Part shown: positions 1 to 12,345 of the stretch, piece by piece | Numbering within the stretch: position 1 is the stretch's first letter | Layout: each line of letters begins with the position of its first letter | Assembly (NCBI RefSeq): GCF_006345805.1 | Contig: NC_042997.1 | Coordinates: 43,462,001 to 43,526,000, forward strand | Reading direction: 5' to 3' | DNA length: 64,000 nt | Source of the DNA: Octopus sinensis | Taxonomy: Eukaryota | The notes under the pieces: generated by a model | Databases searched by the model: none | What the model saw: only the letters and a program-made list of their open reading frames with translations | Told to the model about the DNA's origin: nothing | Translations under genes and position numbers: made by a program

Positions 1-161
1 AAAAAGCACTCAGTACACTTTGTTGAGTGGTTGGCGTTAGGAAAGTCATCCAGCTGTAGAAACCCTGCCGGAACAGACAATGAGGCCTGGTCCTACCCCC
101 TCTGGTCAAACCATCCAACCTGTTCCAGCATGGAAATTGGATGTTAAATGGTGATGATGAT
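1..161 (+). mobile_element. Degenerate family C 3' end with (GAT)n tail
   Basis: CAAACCATCCAACC...AGCATGGAAA...GTTAAATGGTGATGATGATG. Confidence 0.6.
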
Positions 162-489
162 GTGCTGTACCTAGGGCAAACGTCTTCTACTGTAGCCCAG
201 GCTGATCAATGCCTTACAGCTGAATTTGGTAGATGGAAACTGTGAAGAAGCCCATTGTATATATATATATGTGTGTGTGTGTTTCCCCTCTTTACCATTA
301 TTATTGCTGGTTTGTTTACCTTCCTGTAACTTGGTGTTTCAGCAAAAGAGACCAGTAGAATAAGTACCAGATGTAAGAAAAGCAAAAATTTTAATTACTG
401 GAGTTGATTTATTTAACTAAACTCTTCAAGATGATGCTCCAGCATGGCCGTAATCCAACGACTAAAACAAAGAAAAAGTCAACAGACAT

Positions 490-876
490 GGGTGTGGCTG
501 TGTGGTAAGAAGCTTGCTTCTCAACCACATGGTTCCGGATTCAGTCCCACTGCATGGCATCTTGGGCAAGAGTCTTCTACTAGAGCTTCTGGTGAACCAA
601 AGCCTTGAGAGTGGATTTGGTAGATGGAAACTGAAAGAAGCCTATTGTATGTATGTGTGTGTGTGTGCATCTTTCTATCTGTGTTTGTCCCCCACCGCTG
701 CTTGACAACTGGAATTGGTGTGGTTATGTCCCTGTCACTTAGTGGTTCAGCAAAAGAGATTGATGAAGTAAGTACTAGGCTTAAAACAATAAGACTTGGA
801 GTTGATTCATTTGACTAAAAACTTTTCCAAGGTGGTGGCCCAGCATGGCTTGCTGTCTCATAACTAAAAGAAATAA
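490..876 (+). mobile_element. SINE family B (GGCTGTGTGGTAAG head, internal TA/TG microsatellite, CAGCATGGCC...AAACAAGTAAAAG tail)
   Basis: Shared with at least five other near-full copies in the window. tRNA-like A/B boxes (GTGTGGT...GGTTCAGTCCC). Confidence 0.8.
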
Positions 877-2076
877 AAAGTAAGAAACAAAAGATGGATC
901 TGTTAAGTTTCTGGAATAGATTCTGAAGCAAAACCTTTTTGTTCCAGCATTTCATTGTTTCCTACAAATATTAGCTTTTGTAGAATGCATGAAGGTGTAA
1001 GGTAAATGGAAAGGGGGTTAGTTCAGGAAACAAATACTGCTGAGAACTTTTTAGAAATTTACAATTGGTTAGTGAAAATGAGGGTGACCCTTGCCACTTT
1101 ACCATTCCTCTTTTTCAGGGATATTCCTGACAACAAGCATGGCTGCGCATTTAAAAAGTTTGCTTTTGACCCACATGGTTTAGTGTTCAGTTCCATTGTG
1201 TGGATGCTGTCAGATGATACTCTCTGTCATAGCTGCAGGTTGTGAGTGAAATTTGGTTGACGGAAACTGGAAGAAGCCTGTTGAAAGCTTCTAACAATGC
1301 AGAGAGTTTTACGGAAACTTTTGTGTTTCCTTTTCTCTTTCTATACACACACACACATTATGTATATATATATATGTGTGTGTATGTATCCATTTAGTGT
1401 TAACTATTGGAAAATGGATGTTCAATACCATGGTAGAAATTAATGATAATTGATAATATATTTTATTTTGATTGAGTCCGTCTCTTGCTACTCTTTTACC
1501 TGCAGGTGCCCTGGATCTTCAGGCTGACTGAAGATTCCATGCACTTACACATGAAACTTATATATATATATGTATATATAGCTGAAACTATATGTGTATG
1601 TGTGTTTGTGTGTGTAAGTGTATGTATATGTGCATGACTGAGTGTGTATTCTCTTTGTCTAGATATGTGTACTGGTCATCATTATCATCATTTAATGTCT
1701 GCTTTCCATACTGGCAGGGGTTGGACAGTTTGGCTGGAGAACTGGAAAGCCAGAAAGCTGGCAAGCCAGAGAGTTGCACCAAGTTCCAGTCTGATTTCGC
1801 TTGCTTTCTGTGGCTAGATGCCCTTCTTCACACCAACCACTCCAAGAGTGTGTGCTGGGTTTTTTTAGCGTGCTACCTGCATGGGCACTTTTACGTGGCA
1901 CTGGCATGAGTACTTTATAAGTGGCACTGGCACAGGGTTCTTGCAGCTCAATCCTCTTCACCAGGGGGAGTAGCCTTAACACTTCTACTGTGGAGGATGG
2001 GTCTTCTTGAGCACAGCAAGGCACCAGATACCCAAATCCTTTGTCAAAGGACTGAGATGATTGTCAAAACATTGCT

Positions 2077-2535
2077 CAGAACATTGACCTCCTGGAATCG
2101 GTTCAGAGACGTGCAACCAAACGCATACCCTCCATCAGACACCTACCATATTCTGAGCGCCTTGTTTCCCTGGGCATGGATTCACTGAAGCTCCGGCGTC
2201 TGGCGACGGACTTGGTAAACACCCACAAAGTTATCAACCACCTCACCAACAACAACACTGAACACCTTTTTGATCTCCATGTGTCTAACACACGTGGACA
2301 TGCCTACAAAGTCAGAAAACAACACAGCTCCCATGACTTTCGGAAACATTTTTTCACGCTCAGAGTTGCTGAAGCATGGAACAAACTGCCTGCGTCAGTT
2401 GTTGACTGCCATGACACTGCATCCTTTAAGGCCCTCATGCTTTCCGAAATCCGCCGAAACTACACCTGATTATACATACACTTTAGATGAGTTGTAGTGC
2501 ACCTGAGCACTGTACACAATTATTATTATTATTAT
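2077..2535 (+). mobile_element. CR1/L2-clade LINE, 5'-truncated 3' end
   Basis: Translation QNIDLLESVQRRATKRIPSIRHLPYSERL...RGHAYK...FFTLRVAEAWNKLP is a CR1-type C-terminus. (TTA)n tail. Confidence 0.88.
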
Positions 2536-2868
2536 TTAAAAAAATAAAAAAGACAACAACCCTCTCTCGCAAAAAAAAAAAAAGAAAGAAAAATCCATCA
2601 CTGTTCATACAGAAAGCATTTTTATTTTATTGCATTCCTTTATGTAAGCATGTCTGGCTTGTTCATTCTTTGATAGATTGGCAGGAAATCATTGTCTTGC
2701 TTGGAAATAGGTGTGGGTTGGTGCCAAAATGGAGATCTAGCCATAGAAAGCTTGACCCATACAAAGTCTCATCTGACTTATGCAAAGAATGTGAAAGTAA
2801 ATGTTAAAATGTTGATGATTGTTCTGAGACGATTTAAATCTTTTTTGTTTTTTCTTTTTCCATTTCAG

Positions 2869-3011
2869 CTGAATGTGAAAAACCACAAAGGTCAAACAGC
2901 CTTATTTCACTGTGTCATCCGTGCTGACACAGAGTGTTGTCATCAACTACTGATTAGAAATACTGATCCCTCAATCCGTGCCACAGTTATACAGAGTCCC
3001 AAACAGAAACA
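2869..3011 (+). CDS. Ankyrin-repeat protein, internal exon (LNVKNHKGQTALFHCVIRADTECCHQLLIRNTDPSIRAT...)
   Basis: Polypyrimidine/CAG acceptor at 2851-2868 and GTGAGT donor at 3012. Translation fits the ankyrin consensus (N-x-K-N-x-x-G-x-T-A-L). Starts in phase 0, ends in phase 2, which matches the next exon. Confidence 0.8.
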
Positions 3012-3050
3012 GTGAGTGATTTACTCATCTCCATTGTGGATTTTTTTTAT

Positions 3051-3444
3051 TCTCTCTCTCTCTCTCCCTCTCTTGTGCTTTCTCTTTCCTTCTCTCTCTC
3101 TCGCTCTTCTGCTTTCTCTTTCCTTCTCTCTCTCTCGCTCTTCTGCTTTCTCTTTCCTTCTCTCTCTCTCTCTCTTCTGCTTTCTCTTTCCTTCTCTTTC
3201 TCGCTCTTCTGCTTTCTCTTTCCTTCTCTCTCCCTCTCTTCTGCTTTCTCTTTCCTTCTCTCTCTCTCGCTCTTCTGCTTTCTCTTTCCTTCTCTTTCTC
3301 GCTCTTCTGCTTTCTCTTTCCTTCTCTCTCCCTCTCTTCTGCTTTCTCTTTCCTTCTCTCTCCCTCTCTTCTGCTTTCTCTTTCCTTCTCTCTCTCCCTC
3401 TCTTCTGCTTTCTCTTTCCTTCTCTCTCTCTCTTCTGCTTTCTC
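3051..3444. repeat. CT-rich minisatellite, unit about 30 bp (CTCTTCTGCTTTCTCTTTCCTTCTCTCTCT)
   Basis: About 12-13 tandem units starting about 40 bp after the exon donor. Confidence 0.92.
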
Positions 3445-4024
3445 TATGAATATTTCTCACACTCTTACCCATTCTGTTCGCTTCACTCTTTCTTTTCTCT
3501 TTTTTAGTCCTAATCTATCTCTTTCTCTCTGTATTTGTGTTTATTCCTTTCAGTATGTCTGTCTGTTTGTCTGAATGATGTGTGTGTTGTGTGTAATACG
3601 TATGTGTGTGTGTGTGTTTGTGCGTACAGTTTTTAGCTTTAGAAACTGCGGAAAATATGAAAACCTTTGTTTAGTTGCACACCTGTTACACCTCTGTATT
3701 CTTGATATGCTAATTCTGAACAGGTAATATTTCTGGTAGTGGAGGTGTTGCCAGAACTGCAGCCTGTTGCAGTAATGTTGATAATGTTGCTATTGTAGTA
3801 GCAGTGATGGGGTGTGGTGTGTATTTTTGTTCAAAGTGTTTTGTAGTATTTTACTACATTCTTTTCTGTTTTGAGTTCAAATCCCAGTCTTTCACTTTTC
3901 ATTCTATTCTTCTGAGGTCACTAAAATTAGTATCAGTTTAGTTTTACTGGTTCTACTCTCCTTCCTTTCTCACAAATGTAGGACTTTGTACTTAAAGCCA
4001 CACATTTCATAGGTAGATTTTTTT

Positions 4025-4406
4025 TTTACTCGTTTCAGTCATTTGACTGTGGCCATGCTGGAGCACCACCTTTAGTCGAGCAAATCAATCCCAGGGCTTA
4101 TTCTTTGTTAGCCTAGTACTTATTCTATCGGTCTCTTTTGCCGAACCGCTAAGTTATGGGGACGTAAACACACCAGCATCGGTTGTCAAGCGATGTTGGG
4201 GGATCAAACACAGACACACACCCATACATATGTATATATATAGATATACGACAGGCTTCTTTCAGTTTCCGTCTACCAAATCCACTCACAAGGCTTTGGT
4301 TGGCCTGAGGCTATAGCAGAAGACACTTGCCCAAGGTGCCACGCAGTGGGACTGAACCCGGAACCATGTGGCTGGTAAGCAAGCTACTTACCACACAGCC
4401 ACTCCT
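4025..4406 (-). mobile_element. SINE family B
   Basis: Reverse-complement copy of the same consensus. Confidence 0.85.
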
Positions 4407-5434
4407 ACACATATTAATCATTATTATGATCTTATTATGAAATGGTTAGAATGTCCAATATACCTTATGCTGTTTAGTTATGGCACTTTACATTCTGAGG
4501 TCAACTTTGCCTTTCATACTTCCAGAGTAGATAAAATGCTAGATCAAGTATTGGAGTCGATGGTATTTTCCTATGGCGGTTTTTGTTGTTTATTCTCTAC
4601 CTTAAGCTTTCTCTTAATTTATATTAGTTATTTAGGCTTTCCTCTGAGTAAGGGAAAATATAATGATTTATCGTCACTTATACTAAAGTGTTATCATTGT
4701 ATTTTTAACCCTAACTACAGTTGTAACGTCATATAGACATATACGCATGGAACTCTACATCAACGACCATGTATGTTGAATATTTTAATCGTGTCCTTTA
4801 AACCGCTATAAGAAACATAAAACAAAGATTACGGAAATGCATATTTATCTATACTCAGTTGAAAAACAAACGTGAAGAGAAACATTTCTTTTTGATTATT
4901 TTTATTATATAAATATAACGTTTTATATTTATTTACAGTAAGAAAGATAACTTAGTCGTGAAGAAAAACGACTATAAATTCCTTAACTAATTTCTTCTTT
5001 CTATCTAATACGTTAACCAACAAATCAAAATAGATTTGTGATTAACTTGAACTTGGCATAAAATTTACCAATGTCTCCAAAAGAGTGAGTGACGTGGAGT
5101 TGTATGACTACCAAACGAACACTAAAGTCTCTCCCCAAATCCAGGGTTTTTATAACTGCTCAACCTAAACATAAAGAATCGAAATTCAGTACAAACATTC
5201 TTTTCAAAACTTCTAGAATCTTATATATACGAGCAGTTATTTTAACCAATGGGAAAAAAACGAAAATGCTAATTCTTTGGCAAAGACATTACGTCATATT
5301 GCCAATTCGCGCCACATTTCAAAATGGTTAAAATGGTTAAAATGGCTATTGCTACAGTATCAACAAACCACCTCTTCTCAAAATTGCAAGCTTTGTGTCT
5401 AAATTAGAAACAATAATTTTATTGTTATTTGCAG

Positions 5435-5556
5435 GAAATTGTCTCCTCTATTTTGTGTGTCCCTGTCGTTCCCTTCTCAGAGATCTCTACGCCTTCAGCA
5501 CAACTTCCGATACCTCGTCCAAGCTTCTCGAAAATTCTCTTTCCTTGTTGATTCAG
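5435..5556 (+). CDS. Ankyrin/SOCS-like gene, internal exon (QKLSPLFCVSLSFPSQRSLRLQHNFRYLVQASRKFSFLVDS)
   Basis: TTTGCAG acceptor and CAG|GTGAGT donor at 5557. Phase 2 in, phase 1 out keeps the frame open between the flanking exons. Confidence 0.75.
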
Positions 5557-6029
5557 GTGAGTTGGTCTTTTTTTTTCTGTCCTCATTCACAATGCTATTT
5601 GTCTTTTGCTTGTATTTTTAGTTCTCTTAGCTTGGCCTGCATATTTTATAAAGTTCTATTGATTTTCTTTATTAAATCCAATAAACATTTAACCAAATTA
5701 ATTATTAAGTATAAAATAAGAAATTAATTACCTATATATTTATATAATATTAAAATTCAGAAGGGTTTTTTTTGTTCCTTTAAATCCATCTAAATTTTCT
5801 CAGAGTAAAAATTAATTTATAACAAATAAAATGGTCAGTTCAGTTTCTGTCAAATCATTCAGTCTAGCCCCAATTTGTAAGGCAAACTGTTATGCTTACT
5901 GTAATAGATTTATGATACTGTGGTTGTTAAAAATACTTACTCAGCAGACCCAACTCTTCATTAAAAAAACTCAAGGAAACATGTTTTTGATAGACAAATG
6001 AAATTGGCTGTTGCCACATTCCTTTACCT

Positions 6030-6545
6030 ATCATTTTTTCATTCATTGTTTGACCGTGGTCGAGACAATGGAATTTACTATGCTACGCCAGACTTCACGG
6101 TCCATCATGGCATTACGGAGGTCCTGTTGCTGGATGCCTGTATCCCTGGAGATTACATCAGGGTAGGAGAGTGTGCGCCCTCTGGTATTGCGAGTAGATG
6201 GCTTCCAGAGGAGAAGAGTAGAAATCGCCTCATTTTCAGCTCTACAACAATGTCCAGCAAACTGGACTCTCCTACCTTTCACAAGAGATGATACAGGTGG
6301 TAGTTTCCCATATATTTGTACTTTGGTTGGATGACCCTTCCACGAGAGATTTTGAGCTCTCATAAGGAGGCGAGTGTAGGTTCCATCCAACCGCCTCTCA
6401 AGCTTCTTTGATAACGTCCAGCTTTCTGAGCCATATAGTAGAATTGGTTCGACTGTGGCTTTGAATATTTCAAGTTTGAAGTCTCTACTTAGATTTGATG
6501 ACCAGATCTTAATTGCTAAATAAGGTCGACTTTAATTCAATCATT
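6030..6545 (-). mobile_element. RTE-clade LINE 3' fragment
   Basis: Minus strand reads LKIFKATVEPILLYGSESWTLSKKLERRLDGTYTRLLMRAQNLSW...FAGHC...DREVWR. Confidence 0.85.
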
Positions 6546-6973
6546 TTATCTGTTTCAAATCTCTTGTAAGTTTATTTTCTTGGTCTTGTATGAGTGAAAG
6601 AGCATTTTTTTTTTTACTTTTAAATGCTCTTCCTATCATTATCGACTGAGCTTTGAAGTGGGAATAAAACCTGTATTGTCTTTCCCAGTTAAACATGGAT
6701 GTTTGGTTAAGAATTTCCATTCACAACTACATGGTTTTCAGTAGCATCTTAGAAAATTACCTCCTACTATAATCTCAAGTTTCCAAAACCATGTGTGGAA
6801 TTTGATGAACAGAAATAGTGTTCAACCCTGTGGAAGGAGGTCATTCCTGTTCACGAGGGATAGACTTTATTTGCCAGCTTCACACTACCATCAGACGCTT
6901 AGATGCCTTTAGAGGTGTCCACTATGTTACAAAGTGTTCAAAGTTAGCTCTCTGGTCTGAGGATAACTTTCAT

Positions 6974-7448
6974 CCTTCCTCCCATCAGTTATAGAAGCCC
7001 TAGAAAGAGTCAAGGGCTTCGCCCTTTCTCCTCTGACTCAGCTTTAAAAAAATGAAATGAACAAGATATATGTGTCTTGTTTATGGATACAATACGCTGG
7101 CTCTTGCAAGGATTGAGGTGTGGCTGTGTGATAAGAAGTTTTCTTCCCAACCACACGGTTCTGAGTTCATACACATATGACATACTTCTTTCAGTTTCCA
7201 TCTATCAAATAGAATAACAGAAGACACCTGCCCGAGGTACCAAGCAGTGGGACTGAACTCAGAACCATGTGGTTGGGAGAAAACTTCTTATCACACAGCC
7301 ACACCTCAATCCTTGCAAGAGCCAGCGTATTGTATCCATAAACAAGGCACATATATCTTGTTCATTTCATTTTTTTAAAGCTGAGTCAGAGGAGAAAGGG
7401 CGAAGCCCTTGACTCTTTCTAGGGCTTCTATAACTGATGGGAGGAAGG
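6974..7448. repeat. Long inverted repeat (arms 6974-7169 and 7254-7448, 84-bp spacer)
   Basis: The arms are reverse complements over about 196 bp with 2 substitutions and 1 single-base indel by my reading. Confidence 0.92.
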
Positions 7449-8028
7449 TGGTGTCACAGCATGACCACAGTCCAATGGGTGAAACAAGTAAAAAAATAAA
7501 AGATGCAGTCACTAGTTCATTATCTTAACTTCATAAGTCTTATACATTTTTTAATGCCAGTATGTCACATGTAGCCCACATAGACATGATGTGTATGTCT
7601 AATGTAGCCCACATAGACATGAGGTGTATGTTGTGTGGGCCTAATCTGCCTCTCTACACAAGAATGATCATAATTTTAACTAAATTGTGAATAACTGGTT
7701 CATCAAATACTTGTTTCATAAAAGGAAATCTAGGCCAATCTTTGATTTGTTATATCTCAAATGAGAGTAAGGATGATTGAATTAACAGACTGGCAAAGAG
7801 GTTGGAATGTTAGGACACTGTCAAAAGAAGTATATTTTATTCACAAATTGTTCAGTCCATTAGGCTATATATAGGAACAGCTCACGGTTGTAAGCAGCAG
7901 CATTGTTAAGCTGGAAAGAGTTTAATTAGCTTACTGTTCCGAGTTCAACTTCTGTTGATATAATTTAGAAAAGAACAATTTTTTTGTAAGATAATTAACT
8001 AGAGATACTGGTGAGATGGGCCTAGGCT

Positions 8029-8204
8029 CTACAATACTATGGGCCTTACCATTGTTAGTTGTTTGGGATTCTTCTATCTTTGAGTGTTCACTAGCAGAGT
8101 AATGTGCTATCATAACCTACAATACTATGGGCCTTACCATTGTTAGGTGTTTGGGATTCTTCTATCTTTGAGTGTTCACTAGCAGAGTAATGTGCTATCA
8201 TAAC
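8029..8204. repeat. Tandem duplication, 2 x 88 bp
   Basis: CTACAATACTATGGG...GCTATCATAAC occurs twice with one mismatch. Confidence 0.92.
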
Positions 8205-8544
8205 CTAACATGGAGTCTTCAGAGAATATGTTTATTTACAGATAACTTAACCAAGAATGGAGAAATGCCTTATATCTGCCCCAATTTCCCTTTTTATATA
8301 CCTCTCATCTTTCACTTGGATTTTTATTTTGCATTTATACATCTAACATTATATATATATATGGTTGTGCTTAACTTATACCAAAGTGATATTTTTATAT
8401 ATGTTTTATTTATTTTTGTTTTCTCATACAAATTTCATGTAGTTTGTTTGCTTTCATTTAACCCCTTAGAATTTAAACCAGCCATAGCTGGCCAAAATAT
8501 TCTGCCTGTTTTATGTTCAAACTGGCCTCTCATACCTACCCTAC

Positions 8545-8920
8545 TCTCTTTTACTTGTTTCAGTCATTTGACTGCAGCCATGCTGGAGCACCGCCTTTAG
8601 TCGAGCAAATCGACCCCGGGACTTATTCTTTGTAAGCCCAGTACTTATTCTATCGGTCTCTTTTGCCGAACCGCTAAGTGACGGGGACGTAAACACACCA
8701 GCATCGGTTGTCAAGCAATGCTAGGGGGACAAACACACACACACACACATACATATATACGACAGGCTTCTTTCAGTTTCTGTCTACCAAATCCACTCAC
8801 AAGGAATTGGTCGGCCCGGGGCTATAGCAGAAGACACTTGCCCAAGATGCCACGCAGTGGGACTGAACCCGGAACCATGTGGTTGGTTAGCAAGCTACTT
8901 ACCACAGCCACTCCTGCGCC
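8545..8920 (-). mobile_element. SINE family B, inserted into a piggyBac-type MITE remnant
   Basis: Full-length copy. The sequence at 8462-8545 is the left part of the TTAA-CCC MITE. Confidence 0.85.
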
Positions 8921-9069
8921 TACGATGATATTCTAAAAGTAAACAGTCAAAATATTGAAGCTACAAGACAATTCAGGATTAATTCAAAACAATCTGAGCA
9001 AACAAGCATTCCATTCGATGGAATAATCTTTGTGTTAAATGGTTAATGTTATTCCATATTTACTTGCAG

Positions 9070-9584
9070 GTTATTTTTCAACTGATGACATTTTAAAGGA
9101 ACTAGGGGATCATTTGAAAGACTTTTTCCCAGAATTCATTAACTGGATACCCGTTTCCATTCCATCAATTCAGATGTTGTTTGGCCAGACTACAGCTTCC
9201 CTGAAACAATTAGCTGTTAGAGTTATCTTCCAGGAGTTCTTCTGCAATAACATCAGCTACATAGCTTTCCTAATGGAGCAAGAAGCACGGTCTTTGTATG
9301 AAAATGTTTCTGATATCTACGATCGAGATATCTATGAAGAGTTTATCAACACTATCCTTGACAGAAAACTTCTGCAGAGATTTCTCTTCCATTTCTCCTT
9401 ACCTCAGAACTCTCTACTAAACTTTCTAATTGAACTTCTGTTCCACAGAATGCTGGTTTTGTTCTCTTCATTTTATATTGATACTACAAGTTTTTTGTTT
9501 GAAAAACAAATACCTTATGACAGCTCAAGTGACGATTCTGATTTCTTTGCAAACGAAGGAGACTCTGACTTGGAATATTGGTAA
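9070..9584 (+). CDS. Ankyrin/SOCS-like gene, terminal coding exon (GYFSTDD...SLKQLAVRVIF...DSDLEYW*)
   Basis: TTGCAG acceptor in phase 1, about 171 non-repetitive open codons, BC-box-like SLKQLAVRVI, acidic tail, and AATAAA at 9825-9830. Confidence 0.8.
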
Positions 9585-11449
9585 ATGTTGGTGGTTCATG
9601 TGAACATAATACTAGTAAAAACTGGTGACACGATAGAAGTTAGTGTATGTGAGTGAACATTGGTAAACACGTTTATTTAACAGAAAATATTGAAATATAG
9701 ATATCATTCAATCAATGTTTTATATATCACAGAAGTGCAATAATACAGTTGCTTAATTGATTTTCCCTTAATCAGAAGTAAATAAGCCTATTGACTTCAT
9801 CAGAGGTGTAAAACATGAATTATGAATAAATAGGAATTGTCTTTTTTGAAACCATAAATGAAATAGCGATAATTACAACTGAACTTTTTTGTTCTCTTGG
9901 CATTCATCAAATTGTATCAAACAAAAGACAAGATATTCCTTCTCATAAGCAGTTAATGACTTGTTTTATTGTAGAAACTAATTTTTATTGTAAGGGTTAT
10001 ATTGTTTTGTTTTCTTTTTTTTATTGTAAGCATTATGTTGTTCAGGTGATCAGAAAATGTATCAAATATTGTTTTATTTAATTTTCTTTTTAGCTTGTCA
10101 TATTTGGCCCAAATTTTTATTATTAAATGGCAGAAAGGTATTGGATTATCAGAATTGGTAGACCATCAAGCAAAAAGCCCTTTGATATTTGGTTACAACC
10201 CTTAATATTCTGAGTTAAAATCCTACTGAGATTGACTTAATTTTCTCCTATTGAAGGTCAATAAATAGAACTGGTCAAGTACTCGACCAATGTAATCAAC
10301 TCTATTCCTCACCCTAATGTGGGGTCAAATGCCTTTGTAATAAATCATTATTTGACTCAGGAGGGGAAAGTCATTTTTTATATACCTCTCATCTTTCACT
10401 TGGATTTTTATTTTGCATTTATACATCTAACATTATATATATATATGGTTGTGCTTAACTTATACCAAAGTGATATTTTTATATATGTTTTATTTATTTT
10501 TTTACTTCTAAACATCTACTTATAATCTTACATATCGATATGAGCAGAAGCTTCAAGCTTTGATAGACAATAGCTACAGAAACAAAAACAATTCATTTCT
10601 CAGGTATGAGCAATCAATAGTCCATGTCTTTCCTAAGGACATTATTGATATTAGCAAAGACTGTCCAATTGGTAATGAAAAACGGATTTGGAATCTGGCT
10701 TCCTGCAACTTTAAGATTGCTTGTCTACAACAACAAAAAAGAAGTTAAGTATAAAGAATAACGACAAGAAACTTAACAGAAACTTTTGCTCATGTTTTTC
10801 TTAACATTTTGATTGGATGTCTTATAATTCACCAGTTTCTATACATTTTTCAGGTCTTTTTTTTTTATTTGTCAATAAAGAATATTTATAATTTTTAATA
10901 CATTTCCATATAAACCTTGTTAGTTTGTCTTCATTACATCCTAATTTTGCGTTTTTCATAATTTCCTTGAAACTGTTTCCCTTATCAGACTGATTATGTA
11001 AGACGTGCTTTGAGTACCAAACACTGGTTACTTAGCAACATACTTTGAATGAAATGCAAAAAAGCTCAGGAAAAACAAACAAATTACATGTAAATGATGT
11101 GATACTGCGTTAATAACTGGCACAAAGAACTTGAAATGGGGAAATTGTATAAATACTTTAGTGGTAAGCATTTACTGAATATACATTCATAGCTTGGATG
11201 GAGTATTAGTGTAACACATTTCTAAAAATACACTCTCCATTTTCTAATTTCAAAGTTTGCATCTCTGAGCAATGCTTGCTTGCCATGTGTTAAACTGTTT
11301 TTATTGATTCCAGATGTTTTAAAAGCGTTGCAGTATTTATTTCCATTCTGTTACATTAGGAGTTCAGATTCTGCGAGGATAGACTGGGTTTGCTTAAATA
11401 AATAAATACAAGTTATTTACTGAAGTTCCTCAATCAACTGCGTCCCCCT

Positions 11450-11845
11450 CATCATCGTTTAACGTCCGCTTTCCATGCTAGCATGGGTTGGCCGGTTCAA
11501 CTGGGGTCTGGGAAGCCCGAAGGCTGCACCAGGCCAGTCAGATCTGGCAGTGTTTCTACAGCTGTATGCCCTTCCTAATGCCAACTACTCCGTGAGTGTA
11601 GTGGGTGCTTTTTATGTGCCATGGACACAGGTGCCAGACGAAGTTGGCGAATGGCCACGCTTGGATGGTGTTTTTTATGTGCCACCGACACAGGTGCCAG
11701 ACGAGGCTGGCGAACGGCCACGCTCGGATGGTGTTTTTTTTATGTGCCACGGACACAGGTACCAGACGAGGCTGGCGAACGGCCACGATCGGATGATGTT
11801 TGTTACGTGCCACCAGCACGGAGGCCAGTCGATGCGGTACTGGCT
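11450..11845 (-). mobile_element. RTE-LINE 3' UTR-derived repeat (family C) with about 60-bp internal tandem units and (GAT)n tail
   Basis: (CAT)n then TTTAACGTCCGCTTTCCATGCTAGCATGGG, followed by repeated GTGCCACC...GGCCACG-TCGGATGG units. Confidence 0.8.
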
Positions 11846-12044
11846 AGTAGAAATCATGTTGTAGTAGTAGCAGAATTTAGCAAGATAAAGCATTGCTGTA
11901 TTTAATTTATCATATTATCTTAGGGCCTTGACCCTAAGGCAGCAGTGAAGTGCCGATTGCTCTGCAGGTATCTTAGTCTAGCAGTTGCTATTCAGGTGGT
12001 TGTAGTTATTCATCAATTTTTAAATGTTGATGATTGGTATTTTT

Positions 12045-12345
12045 TTTACTTTTTCAGCCATTTGACCGTGGCCAAGCTGGAGCACTGCCTTTAGTTGAGT
12101 AAATCGACTCCAGGACTATTTCTTCGTAAGCCTAGTACTTATTCTATCGGTCTCTTTTGCCAAACCACTAAGTTATGGGGAGGTAAACACCAGCATCGGT
12201 TGTCAAGTGATGTTGGGGAGAAAAACACACACACATATACCCGATGGGCTTCTTTCAGTTTCCGTCTACCAAATCCACTCACAAGGCTATAGTAGAAGAC
12301 ACTTGCCCAAGGTGCCATGCAGTGGGACTGAACCTGGAACCATCA
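12045..12345 (-). mobile_element. SINE family B, internally deleted
   Basis: Matches the consensus with deletions. Confidence 0.75.

Noticed and set aside
984-1560. Possible upstream exons of the ankyrin gene (984-1001, 1119 onward, 1506 onward)
   Set aside because: Phases are incompatible, donors are missing, or the segment runs into a SINE.
3012-3507. 141-163 aa ORFs on both strands
   Set aside because: Translations of the CT-rich minisatellite.
11590-11830. Regularly spaced repeats resembling a CRISPR array
   Set aside because: The units are contiguous, with no unique spacers and no cas genes, in a eukaryotic retroelement.
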